Source: Elusimicrobiota bacterium
GTDB taxonomy: Bacteria > Elusimicrobiota > Endomicrobiia > Endomicrobiales > JBDRNC01
Direction of reading: 5' to 3'
Assembly: GCA_043811535.1 (NCBI GenBank)
Contig: JBDRNC010000021.1
Coordinates: forward strand, 77,668 to 141,667
Length of the DNA stretch: 64,000 nucleotides
Positions 39,917 through 48,765 of this stretch are shown here, piece by piece. A program made the translations under genes and the position numbers. The notes beneath the pieces were generated by a model. That model was not told where the DNA came from. It did not search any database and saw only the letters and a list, made by a program, of their open reading frames with translations. Each line of letters starts with the position of its first letter. Position 1 is the stretch's first letter.

Positions 39917-40042
39917 ATGCAGATTATTTTTCCGGCTGTTCTATGGTTGGTTCTGGTTCTTGTATTGTTCCTGGTTCTAGAGAAGCAGCAAGAGAAATTG
40001 CGCGACACAGTATCCGTTGATTCTTCGGAAATGCAAAGTTGA
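39917..40042 (+). CDS. Putative 41-aa single-TM small protein (below ORF-track cutoff)
   Basis: MQIIFPAVLWLVLVLVLFLVLEKQQEKLRDTVSVDSSEMQS*; GGAGAG at 39906-39911; upstream TTGACA (39777) with TG-extended TATATT (39801). Confidence 0.45.
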   Translation: MQIIFPAVLWLVLVLVLFLVLEKQQEKLRDTVSVDSSEMQS

Positions 40043-40075
40043 GTTCGTAAGCAACCCTCCGTCTTGCTCACTCTA

Positions 40076-40104
40076 TTGACATTTCGTCGAAAACCGGGTA
40101 AAAT
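40076..40104 (+). promoter_or_regulatory. Sigma70 promoter for the tRNA-Arg/tadA region
   Basis: TTGACA, 17 nt, TAAAAT. Confidence 0.7.
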
Positions 40105-40297
40105 ATACATCAGATTCCACAGATACCCAAGGAGATTACACAGATTTTGTTGTTAATCTGAGTAATCTCCGTTTTAATCCCGCAGAATTCCTAAATTGCG
40201 CCCATAGCTCAATCCCGCTAACGCGGGACGTCGTATATGTAAAAATATTTGGGTACTCCGCTGATATCGCGTTTGACGGAGTTTATCCCGCAAAATT

Positions 40298-40371
<74 letters not shown>

Positions 40372-40479
40372 TTCAATTTATGCGGGAAATCAAAAGGCTA
40401 GAGGTTTCCTTAACGCAGGATTTCAGATTTATTTGGGTTAAGGAGCTCAACAACTCCTCTTGGACGCGTATAAAGCGTA

Positions 40480-40947
40480 ATGAAAAGCCAAAATCGTGCG
40501 GATGCATTCTTCATGAAAGAAGCGCTTAAAGAGGCGCGGAAGGCCCAAAGATTGGGTGAAGTGCCGGTCGGGGCGGTAGTGGTCGTTGAAGATAGGGTGA
40601 TCGGGCGGGGGTATAACAGGAACATAAAGGACAATGACCCGTCGGCGCATGCGGAAATAGTAGCGATAGGCAAAGCCGCGAAAAAACTCAGAAATTACCG
40701 TCTTATCGGCTGTAAAATATATGCCACGATAGAACCGTGTCCGATGTGTGCCGGAGCGCTTGTCTGGGCCAGGATTTCAGAAATTGTGTTCGGCGCGAAG
40801 GATTTGAAAGCGGGGGCGTGCGGTTCGGTGGTGAACATCGCGCAAAATAGGAAGCTGAATCACCGGATTAAGATAACCGGCGGCGTCCTTGAAAATGAAT
40901 GCCGGTCGCTTATACAGAATTTTTTTCGTCAGAGACGGAAAATATGA
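40480..40947 (+). CDS. tadA: tRNA adenosine(34) deaminase
   Basis: GEVPVGAVVV, DPSAHAEI, NYRL, TIEPCPMCAGA, KAGACGSV, FFRQRR. Confidence 0.95.
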   Translation: MKSQNRADAFFMKEALKEARKAQRLGEVPVGAVVVVEDRVIGRGYNRNIKDNDPSAHAEIVAIGKAAKKLRNYRLIGCKIYATIEPCPMCAGALVWARISEIVFGAKDLKAGACGSVVNIAQNRKLNHRIKITGGVLENECRSLIQNFFRQRRKI

Positions 40948-41061
40948 TTACAGATTTCATATTTCAAATTGAAATTAATTTTGTCTTTAAGGAAAGATGT
41001 GCGCGCAGTTAATCTGTAATCTGAAATTTGTAATTTGTAATGCGTTGTTGCCGTCATTGAT

Positions 41062-41406
41062 GGGGCTGAACAGGGTTCGACGGGGGTGAAAGAGGTACAG
41101 GTGGCAGGCCCGAGTTGGCCGGAGGCTCGGTCACAATTCGGCCAAACATAAACGCTAATACACAATTAGCACTAGCTGCTTAAATGCAGTTACGTTTACT
41201 CCTAAACACCTGCTATAGGAGATAAACGTCAAGAGCAGGTTAGTTCCGGACGGCGTGTTCCGTCAGTCTGGAGCGAAACTAAAACGGAGCTGGTCCTGCG
41301 GTGGTCCTGCAGAGAGGCAGCCTCAGGACGAGACAAATTCACTGCTAAGCCTGTAGGAACCTGGCCAAAGCGCCTTCGGACGCGGGTTCAATTCCCGCCA
41401 GCTCCA
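41062..41406 (+). ncRNA. ssrA: tmRNA; tag (A)NTQLALAA
   Basis: 5' GGGGCTGAA..GGTTCGAC; 3' GGACGCGGGTTCAATTCCCGCCAGCTCCA; tag frame 41154-41183 reads GCT AAT ACA CAA TTA GCA CTA GCT GCT TAA. Confidence 0.93.
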
Positions 41407-41413
41407 TTCAATT

Positions 41414-41441
41414 TGCCTCCGATTTATTCGGAGGCATTTTT
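41414..41441 (+). terminator. Intrinsic terminator after tmRNA
   Basis: TGCCTCCGA-TTTAT-TCGGAGGCA followed by TTTTT. Confidence 0.8.
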
Positions 41442-41477
41442 GTCGTTCTTGATATACATACTCGAATTCGCTATAAT

Positions 41478-41651
41478 TACCTGAGTTGATCAGAAAATCT
41501 TTTTTCGTTTCGAAATTTCGGTAATTGAGCCGAGGCGAGACGGACGAAGCGAGCATATGCTCGAAGGAGTATCTGTAAGATGAGTCCAACGATGCCGGAG
41601 GCCAAAGACCGAAATTGCAGTAGGAAAAGGATTTTTTGATTAACTCAAGTA
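41478..41651. repeat. ~174-bp imperfect palindromic (MITE-like or structured-RNA) element
   Basis: Ends TACCTGAGTTGATCAGAAAATCTTTT and AAAAGGATTTTTTGATTAACTCAAGTA are imperfect reverse complements; inner AATTTCGGT/ACCGAAATT also pair. Confidence 0.5.
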
Positions 41652-41652
41652 T

Positions 41653-43293
41653 ATGAGACGGATATTTTCATATCTATTCATCCCGATCCTTGTTGTTTCC
41701 GCCATGCACATACCGCAAACGGCGTTTGCCGCGGGGCAGAAGATAGAAGCCACTTATGAAGGGGAGATTGTAGACGGCGTGAAGCTTTATGAGTTCTCCG
41801 GCAGTGATTACTTCATGATTAAGGAAATAGCGAAACTCTATAAATGCACGCTAACCTGGCATCCGGTTACGGGCAAGGTTTCGCTGTTTTCAAACAACCA
41901 GAGAATAGATTTTTTCATAAAAACGACGCGCATCGCGTTGAACGGCAAAAAGAAGCGGATTGGCCTGCCTATTCGCGTGTCATCGGACCAGGTATATGTC
42001 CCCGCTTCATTCATATTTTCCATGGACTTCGCGGATTTTAACGACGCCGAGTCCAGTTGGAATCCCGAGACGTGCATATTGAACGTTGAAAAGAGGGTTA
42101 ATGTCCTGAGCCCGAGGTTTTATTCCTATCCGAAATACACGCAGGTTGAGATTGAGTTAAGCAATGACCTTACCTATTCATGGTCGCAGAAAAATCCCGC
42201 CGTCGGAGTTGTTTCAATACCTAGGGGAAAACTGAGCGAAGAAACAATAGGGTCGGACGATGGAATAATCAGGGAGATAGACGCGGAGAACCGCGGCCGG
42301 GAAGCAGAGATCAAGATATTTCTTACCGAAGGCGCCGGAAAGATAAACAGGCAGCTTTTAAACGATCCCAGAAGGATTGTTATAAACATAGAACGGACTC
42401 CTCTTGCGGTAGCAAAAACAGACACCGAAATAGTCCGGTCAACCGAAACGCCGGCGGCGTCGGAGATTATGATATCTTCTCCTGTCGAAACGGCTCCGAT
42501 GGAAACAAGGCCTGTCGCGGTCGTTCCGCCCCCGGCTCCCGCCGGGGAAACTGCCGTAAAGGAACCGGAAGATAAGAAAGAGCCGATCGCGCCCGCGGTG
42601 GTTATCTCGAGGCGAAAAAAAATAATCGTGCTGGATGCCGGCCACGGAGGAGAGGACCCGGGCGCTATCGGGCCCAACGGGACAAAAGAGAAAGACATAA
42701 ATTTGATGATAGTCGGAGAACTAAAGAGACTATTTCAGAATGACAAGAATTACCAGATTATCATCACGCGTAAGGACGACACTTTCATTCCTCTTGTAGA
42801 CAGGACAATAATCGCTAACGAGCAGAAGGCGCATCTTTTTGTGTCCGTGCACTGCAACGCTTCCATCAACAGGAATTCCAGCGGGTTTGAGATATATTTC
42901 CTGTCAGAAAGTGCTTCCGATCCGGAGGCCCAGGCAACCGCAATACTTGAAAATTCGGTCGTGAGGCTTGAAGGTAAACCGACAAAAAAACGCGCTAAGA
43001 TCCAGGAACTTCTCTGGTCGCTTGTAGTAAACGAATATATCAACGAATCTTCTGAGATATGTTCATTCATAGGCAATGAGGTGTGCCGTAGGACAAGAGA
43101 GAATAACCGCGGCGTAAAACAGGCGGGTTTTTACGTGCTGCGCGGTACGGAGATGCCGGCGGTGCTTGTAGAATGCGCGTTCATCAGCCATCTCGGGGAA
43201 GAGTCGAAACTTAAGAATAAGAGCTTCCAGCGTAAAATCGCGGACGGGATTTATGAAGGCATTAAACGATACGACGAAAAAAAGGGAATATAA
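41653..43293 (+). CDS. N-acetylmuramoyl-L-alanine amidase (Amidase_3) with N-terminal stalk/AMIN-like domains
   Basis: VLDAGHGGEDPGA, EKDINL, FVSVHCNA, GFEIY, PAVLVECAF; signal peptide. Confidence 0.92.
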   Translation: MRRIFSYLFIPILVVSAMHIPQTAFAAGQKIEATYEGEIVDGVKLYEFSGSDYFMIKEIAKLYKCTLTWHPVTGKVSLFSNNQRIDFFIKTTRIALNGKKKRIGLPIRVSSDQVYVPASFIFSMDFADFNDAESSWNPETCILNVEKRVNVLSPRFYSYPKYTQVEIELSNDLTYSWSQKNPAVGVVSIPRGKLSEETIGSDDGIIREIDAENRGREAEIKIFLTEGAGKINRQLLNDPRRIVINIERTPLAVAKTDTEIVRSTETPAASEIMISSPVETAPMETRPVAVVPPPAPAGETAVKEPEDKKEPIAPAVVISRRKKIIVLDAGHGGEDPGAIGPNGTKEKDINLMIVGELKRLFQNDKNYQIIITRKDDTFIPLVDRTIIANEQKAHLFVSVHCNASINRNSSGFEIYFLSESASDPEAQATAILENSVVRLEGKPTKKRAKIQELLWSLVVNEYINESSEICSFIGNEVCRRTRENNRGVKQAGFYVLRGTEMPAVLVECAFISHLGEESKLKNKSFQRKIADGIYEGIKRYDEKKGI

Positions 43294-43433
43294 ATACAAC
43301 TGTGTTATGTGTAAAGTGTAATGTGTAATGAAACAACCGATATCCGTATATTCATCAAACATCACACATTCAACATTACACAATCTATTTCCAAGAGAGG
43401 GTAATAATATGCAAAAATTCATGGAGAATTATT

Positions 43434-44234
43434 ATGGATGGTAGGCCTATAGGTATTTTTGATTCAGGGTTTGGCGGCCTGACAGTGATGGCCGAGATTA
43501 GAAAGCTGCTTCCCCGCGAAGATCTTATTTACTTCGGAGACACGGCGCACGTCCCGTACGGCTCAAAATCAAAAGAGGTCGTTACGGGATATTCAGCCGA
43601 TATTGCAAAATTTCTGCTTTCAAAAAAAGTCAAGATGATTGTGGTCGCCTGCAACACAGCGTCGGCCTTCGCGCTTCCGGCGTTGAAAGCCAAGTTAAAG
43701 GTTCCTGTTATAGGGGTGATTGAACCTGGAGCGAAAGCTGCGTTGAGCGTAACGTTGAAAAGGAAGATAGGAGTTATAGGCACCGAGGGAACGGTTAAAA
43801 GTTCATCATACACGAAAGCGCTTAAGCGCCTTGATCCGCGGATAAGGATATTTGCGGTGGCATGTCCGCTTTTCGTGCCTCTCGTGGAAGAAGGATGGCT
43901 GAAGCATCCCATGACATACAGGGTCGCGAAAGAATATATTACGCCGCTGGTCAGGAAAGGAGTTGACACGATTGTGCTCGGCTGCACCCATTATCCGCTG
44001 ATAAAGAGTGTGATAAAGAAGACCGCCGGCAAGAGTGTATCGCTGATAGATTCCGCGGCCGCGACGGCTGTGGAAGTCGCGGGCACCTTGAAAAACCTGG
44101 GAATAGAGAGCCAAAGAAGCAAAGGCGGTAAGTGTATTTTCTATGTAAGCGACGCCCCCGCAAAATTCAAATTGCTGGGCCGGAAATTCATGGGCCAGGT
44201 AATTACCAGAATAAACAAGGTGGCAATGAGATGA
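43434..44234 (+). CDS. murI: Glutamate racemase
   Basis: IGIFDSGFGGLTV, PYGSKS, VACNTAS, LGCTHYP. Confidence 0.96.
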   Translation: MDGRPIGIFDSGFGGLTVMAEIRKLLPREDLIYFGDTAHVPYGSKSKEVVTGYSADIAKFLLSKKVKMIVVACNTASAFALPALKAKLKVPVIGVIEPGAKAALSVTLKRKIGVIGTEGTVKSSSYTKALKRLDPRIRIFAVACPLFVPLVEEGWLKHPMTYRVAKEYITPLVRKGVDTIVLGCTHYPLIKSVIKKTAGKSVSLIDSAAATAVEVAGTLKNLGIESQRSKGGKCIFYVSDAPAKFKLLGRKFMGQVITRINKVAMR

Positions 44235-44695
44235 ACGTACCGGGAACGGAAACCGGGCAAATCGAAGCTGAACAGGCCAATACGGAATGGAAAAAGAAAA
44301 GCCTATTCAAAAAGATGATGTATATTGCCGGCGCTTGCGCCGCGCTGGTATTGTTTTTAATCGGAATATACGGCACGGTAACAAACATATACTCTATAAA
44401 AAATACGGAGATGTTGAGGATTGCCAAACGGTTGAATATAAAGGCTGAAGATGTTCTGAAAAATCCCAACGACTATATCAATAAGCCTGTCTTGTGGAAA
44501 TTTAAATTCATTGAAATGGACGGGCTCGGATTGACGCAGGAAGGCGGCGTGAATGTCAGCATCGCGTTCGGAAGAATGGGGGGTCGCCCGAATTTCCTGC
44601 TGAATGAAAAAGGGGAGCATGGCGGGACTGTGCTGGGAATAGTGGAAAGTGTAAATGAAAAACTCATTTTCATTAGTGCTTTAGATGCTTATTAG
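44231..44695 (+). CDS. Single-TM hypothetical protein with small OB-fold-like exported domain
   Basis: ATG 44231 overlaps the murI stop (ATGA); one TM; resembles the C-terminal half of the next ORF. Confidence 0.65.
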   Translation: MNVPGTETGQIEAEQANTEWKKKSLFKKMMYIAGACAALVLFLIGIYGTVTNIYSIKNTEMLRIAKRLNIKAEDVLKNPNDYINKPVLWKFKFIEMDGLGLTQEGGVNVSIAFGRMGGRPNFLLNEKGEHGGTVLGIVESVNEKLIFISALDAY

Positions 44696-44737
44696 GGCGG
44701 AGACCGGCGGAAAGGAAGAATTACCGGAGGAGATAAA

Positions 44738-45574
44738 ATGAAGTACGAGGTTTCGGTAGTCAGGACATTTTCAGCAGCGCACGCGCTGAGAGGTTATAGG
44801 GGCAAATGTGAGAACCTGCACGGCCATAACTGGAGAGTAGTGGTATCGGTTTCCGGATATGGCCTCGGAAAGACCGGCATGCTGCTTGATTTCACGGATT
44901 TGAAGTCTTTCGTGGAACTGGTTCTGGCGGAGCTTGACCATAAAAATTTGAACGACGTTTCTCCTTTTAATAAGATAAATCCGACGGCAGAGAACATAGC
45001 TGCTTATATCTGCGTTGAACTGAAGAAACAGTTGCCGTCAGGTGTATCGCTTTCAAACGTGGAAGTATGGGAAAGCGAAACATCGTCGGCAAGGTGCAGC
45101 TTTACGGAAAACGAAGGTAAAGATGGAATAACAGCCGTTGACACCGGCGCGCAGGAATCGAGAATTAAGAAAAGGATAAATGATCTTAAAAAGACTGTTT
45201 ATTACGCGGCTACGCTGACCGTTTTGATAATACTGGGTTTTGCAGCGGCTACATTTGTACGTTTTAACGTTTTGGGGCAGAGAAACAGCAATGAGGCCGT
45301 TCTGAAGCAGGCAAGAGAAGCGAAGATCGACTGCAGGGATGTCATAAAGAATCCGGGAAAATACACAGGCAAACCGGTGGAATGGCGCTGCAGGTACCTT
45401 TCAGGTAGTAAAGGGATCATCGCGGGCAGCGATGTGCAGATTGAGATACAGGGCATAAAGACGTCGAATGTTAAGACAGGCAAGATGTTTGCTTACACGG
45501 TTCTCGGGAAGATCGTTTCGGTACATGACAATATTATTACGGTCGAAGGAATAGACCTGTATCAGACGGAATAG
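44738..45574 (+). CDS. queD: 6-carboxy-5,6,7,8-tetrahydropterin synthase fused to a TM + exported domain
   Basis: FSAAHAL..GKCENLHGHNW, LDHKNLN, NPTAENIA, VEVWESETSSA in the first ~122 aa; ~155-aa in-frame extension. Confidence 0.88.
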   Translation: MKYEVSVVRTFSAAHALRGYRGKCENLHGHNWRVVVSVSGYGLGKTGMLLDFTDLKSFVELVLAELDHKNLNDVSPFNKINPTAENIAAYICVELKKQLPSGVSLSNVEVWESETSSARCSFTENEGKDGITAVDTGAQESRIKKRINDLKKTVYYAATLTVLIILGFAAATFVRFNVLGQRNSNEAVLKQAREAKIDCRDVIKNPGKYTGKPVEWRCRYLSGSKGIIAGSDVQIEIQGIKTSNVKTGKMFAYTVLGKIVSVHDNIITVEGIDLYQTE

Positions 45575-45577
45575 GGC

Positions 45578-46222
45578 ATGTCAATTAAAAAAGCAGTAAT
45601 ACTGTTGTCCGGCGGATTGGATTCCTCAACGGCGCTGTATTACGCGAAGAGCAAAGGATATGCGTGCAGCTGCCTGATTTTTGATTACGGCCAGCGCCAT
45701 AAGAAGGAATTGAAATCCGCTGTTAAAATCGCCCGCCTTGCCGGGTGCCCGTACAAGATTATAAAAATCAAACTCCCATGGCAAGCCGGCTCTTTATTGA
45801 ATAAGAAGTTATCTATCCCTGACAACTGTCAACTGTCAACTGTCAACGCCTTGCCTTCAACATACGTTCCCGGCCGTAACACTATTTTCATCTCCCACGC
45901 CCTATCATACGCCGAGTCAATCAACGCGTGCAGGATTTTTATCGGCGCAAATGCGGTAGATTTTTCAGGCTATCCTGACTGCCGCCCGGACTATTACAAG
46001 GCATGGAACAGAGTGCTGTCTGCCTTGGGCACGGGCGTGCGAGTTGAAACTCCTCTCATCAAGCTGACTAAAGAAAAGATAATCAGGATAGGGCAGTCCC
46101 TGAAGGTTCCGTACGGTCTGACATGGTCGTGCTATGAAGGCGGCAGAAAACCGTGCGGCATCTGCGATTCCTGCCGTTTCCGCGCGAAGGGATTCGCGGA
46201 AGCAGGAATACAAGACAGATGA
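45578..46222 (+). CDS. queC: 7-cyano-7-deazaguanine synthase
   Basis: LLSGGLDSST, FDYGQRH, TYVPGRNTIF, GYPDCRP, TWSCY..PCGICDSC. Confidence 0.96.
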   Translation: MSIKKAVILLSGGLDSSTALYYAKSKGYACSCLIFDYGQRHKKELKSAVKIARLAGCPYKIIKIKLPWQAGSLLNKKLSIPDNCQLSTVNALPSTYVPGRNTIFISHALSYAESINACRIFIGANAVDFSGYPDCRPDYYKAWNRVLSALGTGVRVETPLIKLTKEKIIRIGQSLKVPYGLTWSCYEGGRKPCGICDSCRFRAKGFAEAGIQDR

Positions 46223-46298
46223 CAGTTGATGGATGACCGTTGACGGTTAAGGCATTTATGTCAACTGTGAACTGTCAACCTCAAATGCAAACTGGTCT

Positions 46299-47024
46299 AT
46301 GAAAGTAAAATCGAGAAATAAATCAGCGGTAACTGCTCCTGTAAGCGAAATATTCGCCTCTTACCAGGGAGAAGGCATTTACGCGGGTCAGCCGCAGATT
46401 TTCGTGCGTTTTGCAGGCTGTAATCTTAAGTGTGACTACTGCGACACGGCTAAAAGCCAGTTGACAGATGACAGTTCACAGTTGACAGTCAAGCAAATCA
46501 TTAAAAAGGCAGTGTCTTTGCGGTCAACCGTCAACGGTCAACCGTCAACGGTTTCTATAACAGGCGGAGAGCCACTTCTATATCCGAATTTCCTTTTAAA
46601 ACTGCTTCCAGCGCTTAAGAAACTGAAATTCAGCATATACCTTGAAACTAACGGAACACTGCCGGAGGCGTTTGAGAAAATCAGGAGGTATGTGGATATT
46701 GTCGCCATGGACATAAAACTGCCATCATCCTGCGGAAAAGCGTTTTGGAAGGAACATGGAAAATTTGCGCAGCTCGCGAAAGAAAAAGTATTTGTTAAAG
46801 TTGTAGTAACGAGCGGAACAACTTGCAAAGAGATGAAGAAAGCAGTTGACACGATTAAAACAGTTTCAAAACGCATCCCATTTGTCATTCAACCGGCTAC
46901 GCGCACAGCGGGATGTAAACTGCCCGGCGCGGCGAGGGTTGCGGGATGGCTCCGTTCAGCAAGAAAAATATTGAAAGATGCGAATGCCATACCGCAGATG
47001 CACAAGCTTTGGGGCATAAAATAA
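46299..47024 (+). CDS. queE: 7-carboxy-7-deazaguanine synthase (radical SAM)
   Basis: EIFASYQGEG, FVRFAGCNLKCDYCDT, ITGGEPL, LETNG, PQMHKLWG. Confidence 0.94.
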   Translation: MKVKSRNKSAVTAPVSEIFASYQGEGIYAGQPQIFVRFAGCNLKCDYCDTAKSQLTDDSSQLTVKQIIKKAVSLRSTVNGQPSTVSITGGEPLLYPNFLLKLLPALKKLKFSIYLETNGTLPEAFEKIRRYVDIVAMDIKLPSSCGKAFWKEHGKFAQLAKEKVFVKVVVTSGTTCKEMKKAVDTIKTVSKRIPFVIQPATRTAGCKLPGAARVAGWLRSARKILKDANAIPQMHKLWGIK

Positions 47025-47065
47025 GACATTTAAAGATTAAAATATTAGAATGATTTAAAGAATAT

Positions 47066-48631
47066 ATGAATATGACTAGAACAAAAAGAGACCTTATATT
47101 GCTTCTATTTTTCACTTTCCTGTGCCTTTTGCCGTTCGTGAATAAACCTTTCAACGTTGACGACCCTTTCTACCTCAAGATGGCCGAACAGATACAAAAA
47201 GATCCTATAAGACCTTACAGTTTTTCAATAAACTGGAGCGGCGAAACCAGAGATGTCTGGGCAAGGATGGAGGCCACGTTCCCGCCGCTGATACCCTATT
47301 ACATCGCCGGAGTCGGCGCGCTTTTCGGGATGAACGAAATCACGCTGCATCTTTTCTTTTTGGTGTTCCCGCTGGTATCCGCGGTAAGCATGTATATGCT
47401 TCTGAAAAAATACGTCAAGAATCCCCTTGTATATTCATTTATCTTCGTTTCCGCGCCCGCTTTCCTTGTTTCGTCTAACAGCATCATGCTTGACGTGCCG
47501 CTTACGGCTTTCATGCTGTCTTCCGCGGCGTTTTTCATTTACGGTGTAGACAGGGGGAAAGATAGTTACGTCCTGGCGGGGTCAGTGCTTTCAGGATTCG
47601 CGGTCATGACGAAGTATTCCGCGATAATAGGGGTTGCCGTTCTAGGCATTTACGTCCTGCTTTCGGAAAAAAGAAAATATTTCGTTTATTTGCTGATACC
47701 CGTCGCTTTCTTCGGGTTGTGGTGTATTCATAACCTTGCGATGTACGGAGAAGCGCATTTTTTTAAGGCATCTTCACACGTCGGCAAGGGATTGACCCCC
47801 CATAAAATAATTGCGTTCCTGCCGTTTTTTTCCGGGTGCCTGGTATTTCCAATGTTCGCATTCTTCCGGCTGGACATAAGGGAAAAGCTGGTGAGCGTTA
47901 TACTATCAGCGATATTCTTTGTGGTTGCCGAGAAATTACAGTTGTTGAGAGGCGGGCCAGCCACGCTTACATACACCGTTCTGCTGGCAGCAACATCGGT
48001 ATTCGTCTATGAAGTTATCAAGCACAGAGTGGAGGCTGATAAATTTATTTTCGCGTGGTTGTTAATCGCGTCATTTCTAGTCCTGACGGTTGAACCTTGG
48101 GTTTCAGGGCGCTATATACTTTTCATGCTCCCGCCGGCGCTGATTATTTTCGCGCAAAGCAATGAACGGCTTGCGGGCGCGGCGAAATATGTTTCGGCCG
48201 GCGCGGCGCTTGCGTTAACGCTGTATTTCGGGATATCTCTCGGAATTGCGGATTATATATGGGCTAGATCATACCCCGGGATTCCGGAATACCTGAAATC
48301 AAAGGAAATTACCAGCGGATATTTTCTCGGCCACTTCGGATTTCAGTATTACATGGAAAAATCGGGTTTCTCAGCCTTGGAAGTGAGAGATGAGGTAAGC
48401 GGCCCGTCTTTTATTATCGCGGCAAAGATGCCTGATCCGCAGAAGCCTGCCGGCGGGACTTTTTCAAAAATGGAATTGATAGACCACCAGAGAATCGACA
48501 GCGCTTTTCCGCTGAGAGTGATGTCGCCAAAAGACCATGCTGGATTTTATTCAAGTTTCTGGGGAATACTGCCGTTTGCGGCGGCCGGAACGCCCGTCGA
48601 GGAGTTTGCTGTTTTCAGATTGAAGAAGTGA
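47066..48631 (+). CDS. GT-C fold glycosyltransferase (GT39/ArnT/PMT-like)
   Basis: DD motif after TM1 (FNVDDPFY), FPPLIPY, MLDVP, AVMTKYSA, multiple TMs, RYILFMLP. Confidence 0.8.
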   Translation: MNMTRTKRDLILLLFFTFLCLLPFVNKPFNVDDPFYLKMAEQIQKDPIRPYSFSINWSGETRDVWARMEATFPPLIPYYIAGVGALFGMNEITLHLFFLVFPLVSAVSMYMLLKKYVKNPLVYSFIFVSAPAFLVSSNSIMLDVPLTAFMLSSAAFFIYGVDRGKDSYVLAGSVLSGFAVMTKYSAIIGVAVLGIYVLLSEKRKYFVYLLIPVAFFGLWCIHNLAMYGEAHFFKASSHVGKGLTPHKIIAFLPFFSGCLVFPMFAFFRLDIREKLVSVILSAIFFVVAEKLQLLRGGPATLTYTVLLAATSVFVYEVIKHRVEADKFIFAWLLIASFLVLTVEPWVSGRYILFMLPPALIIFAQSNERLAGAAKYVSAGAALALTLYFGISLGIADYIWARSYPGIPEYLKSKEITSGYFLGHFGFQYYMEKSGFSALEVRDEVSGPSFIIAAKMPDPQKPAGGTFSKMELIDHQRIDSAFPLRVMSPKDHAGFYSSFWGILPFAAAGTPVEEFAVFRLKK

Positions 48632-48765
48632 AACAATTGCCAAATGGCTATTAATAACAATGGCTTAATTGCTAAATTGCCAAATGGCTAACGGCTTATA
48701 ACCATTTAGCCATTATGTCGTTTAACAATTTAGCCGTTTGGCCATTTAACCATGTATTGTAGTTG

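Noticed and set aside
44738..47024. queDCE as a Dpd-type DNA deazaguanine modification island
   Set aside because: No dpdA/tgt-like or other dpd genes nearby; the housekeeping context fits normal queuosine precursor synthesis.
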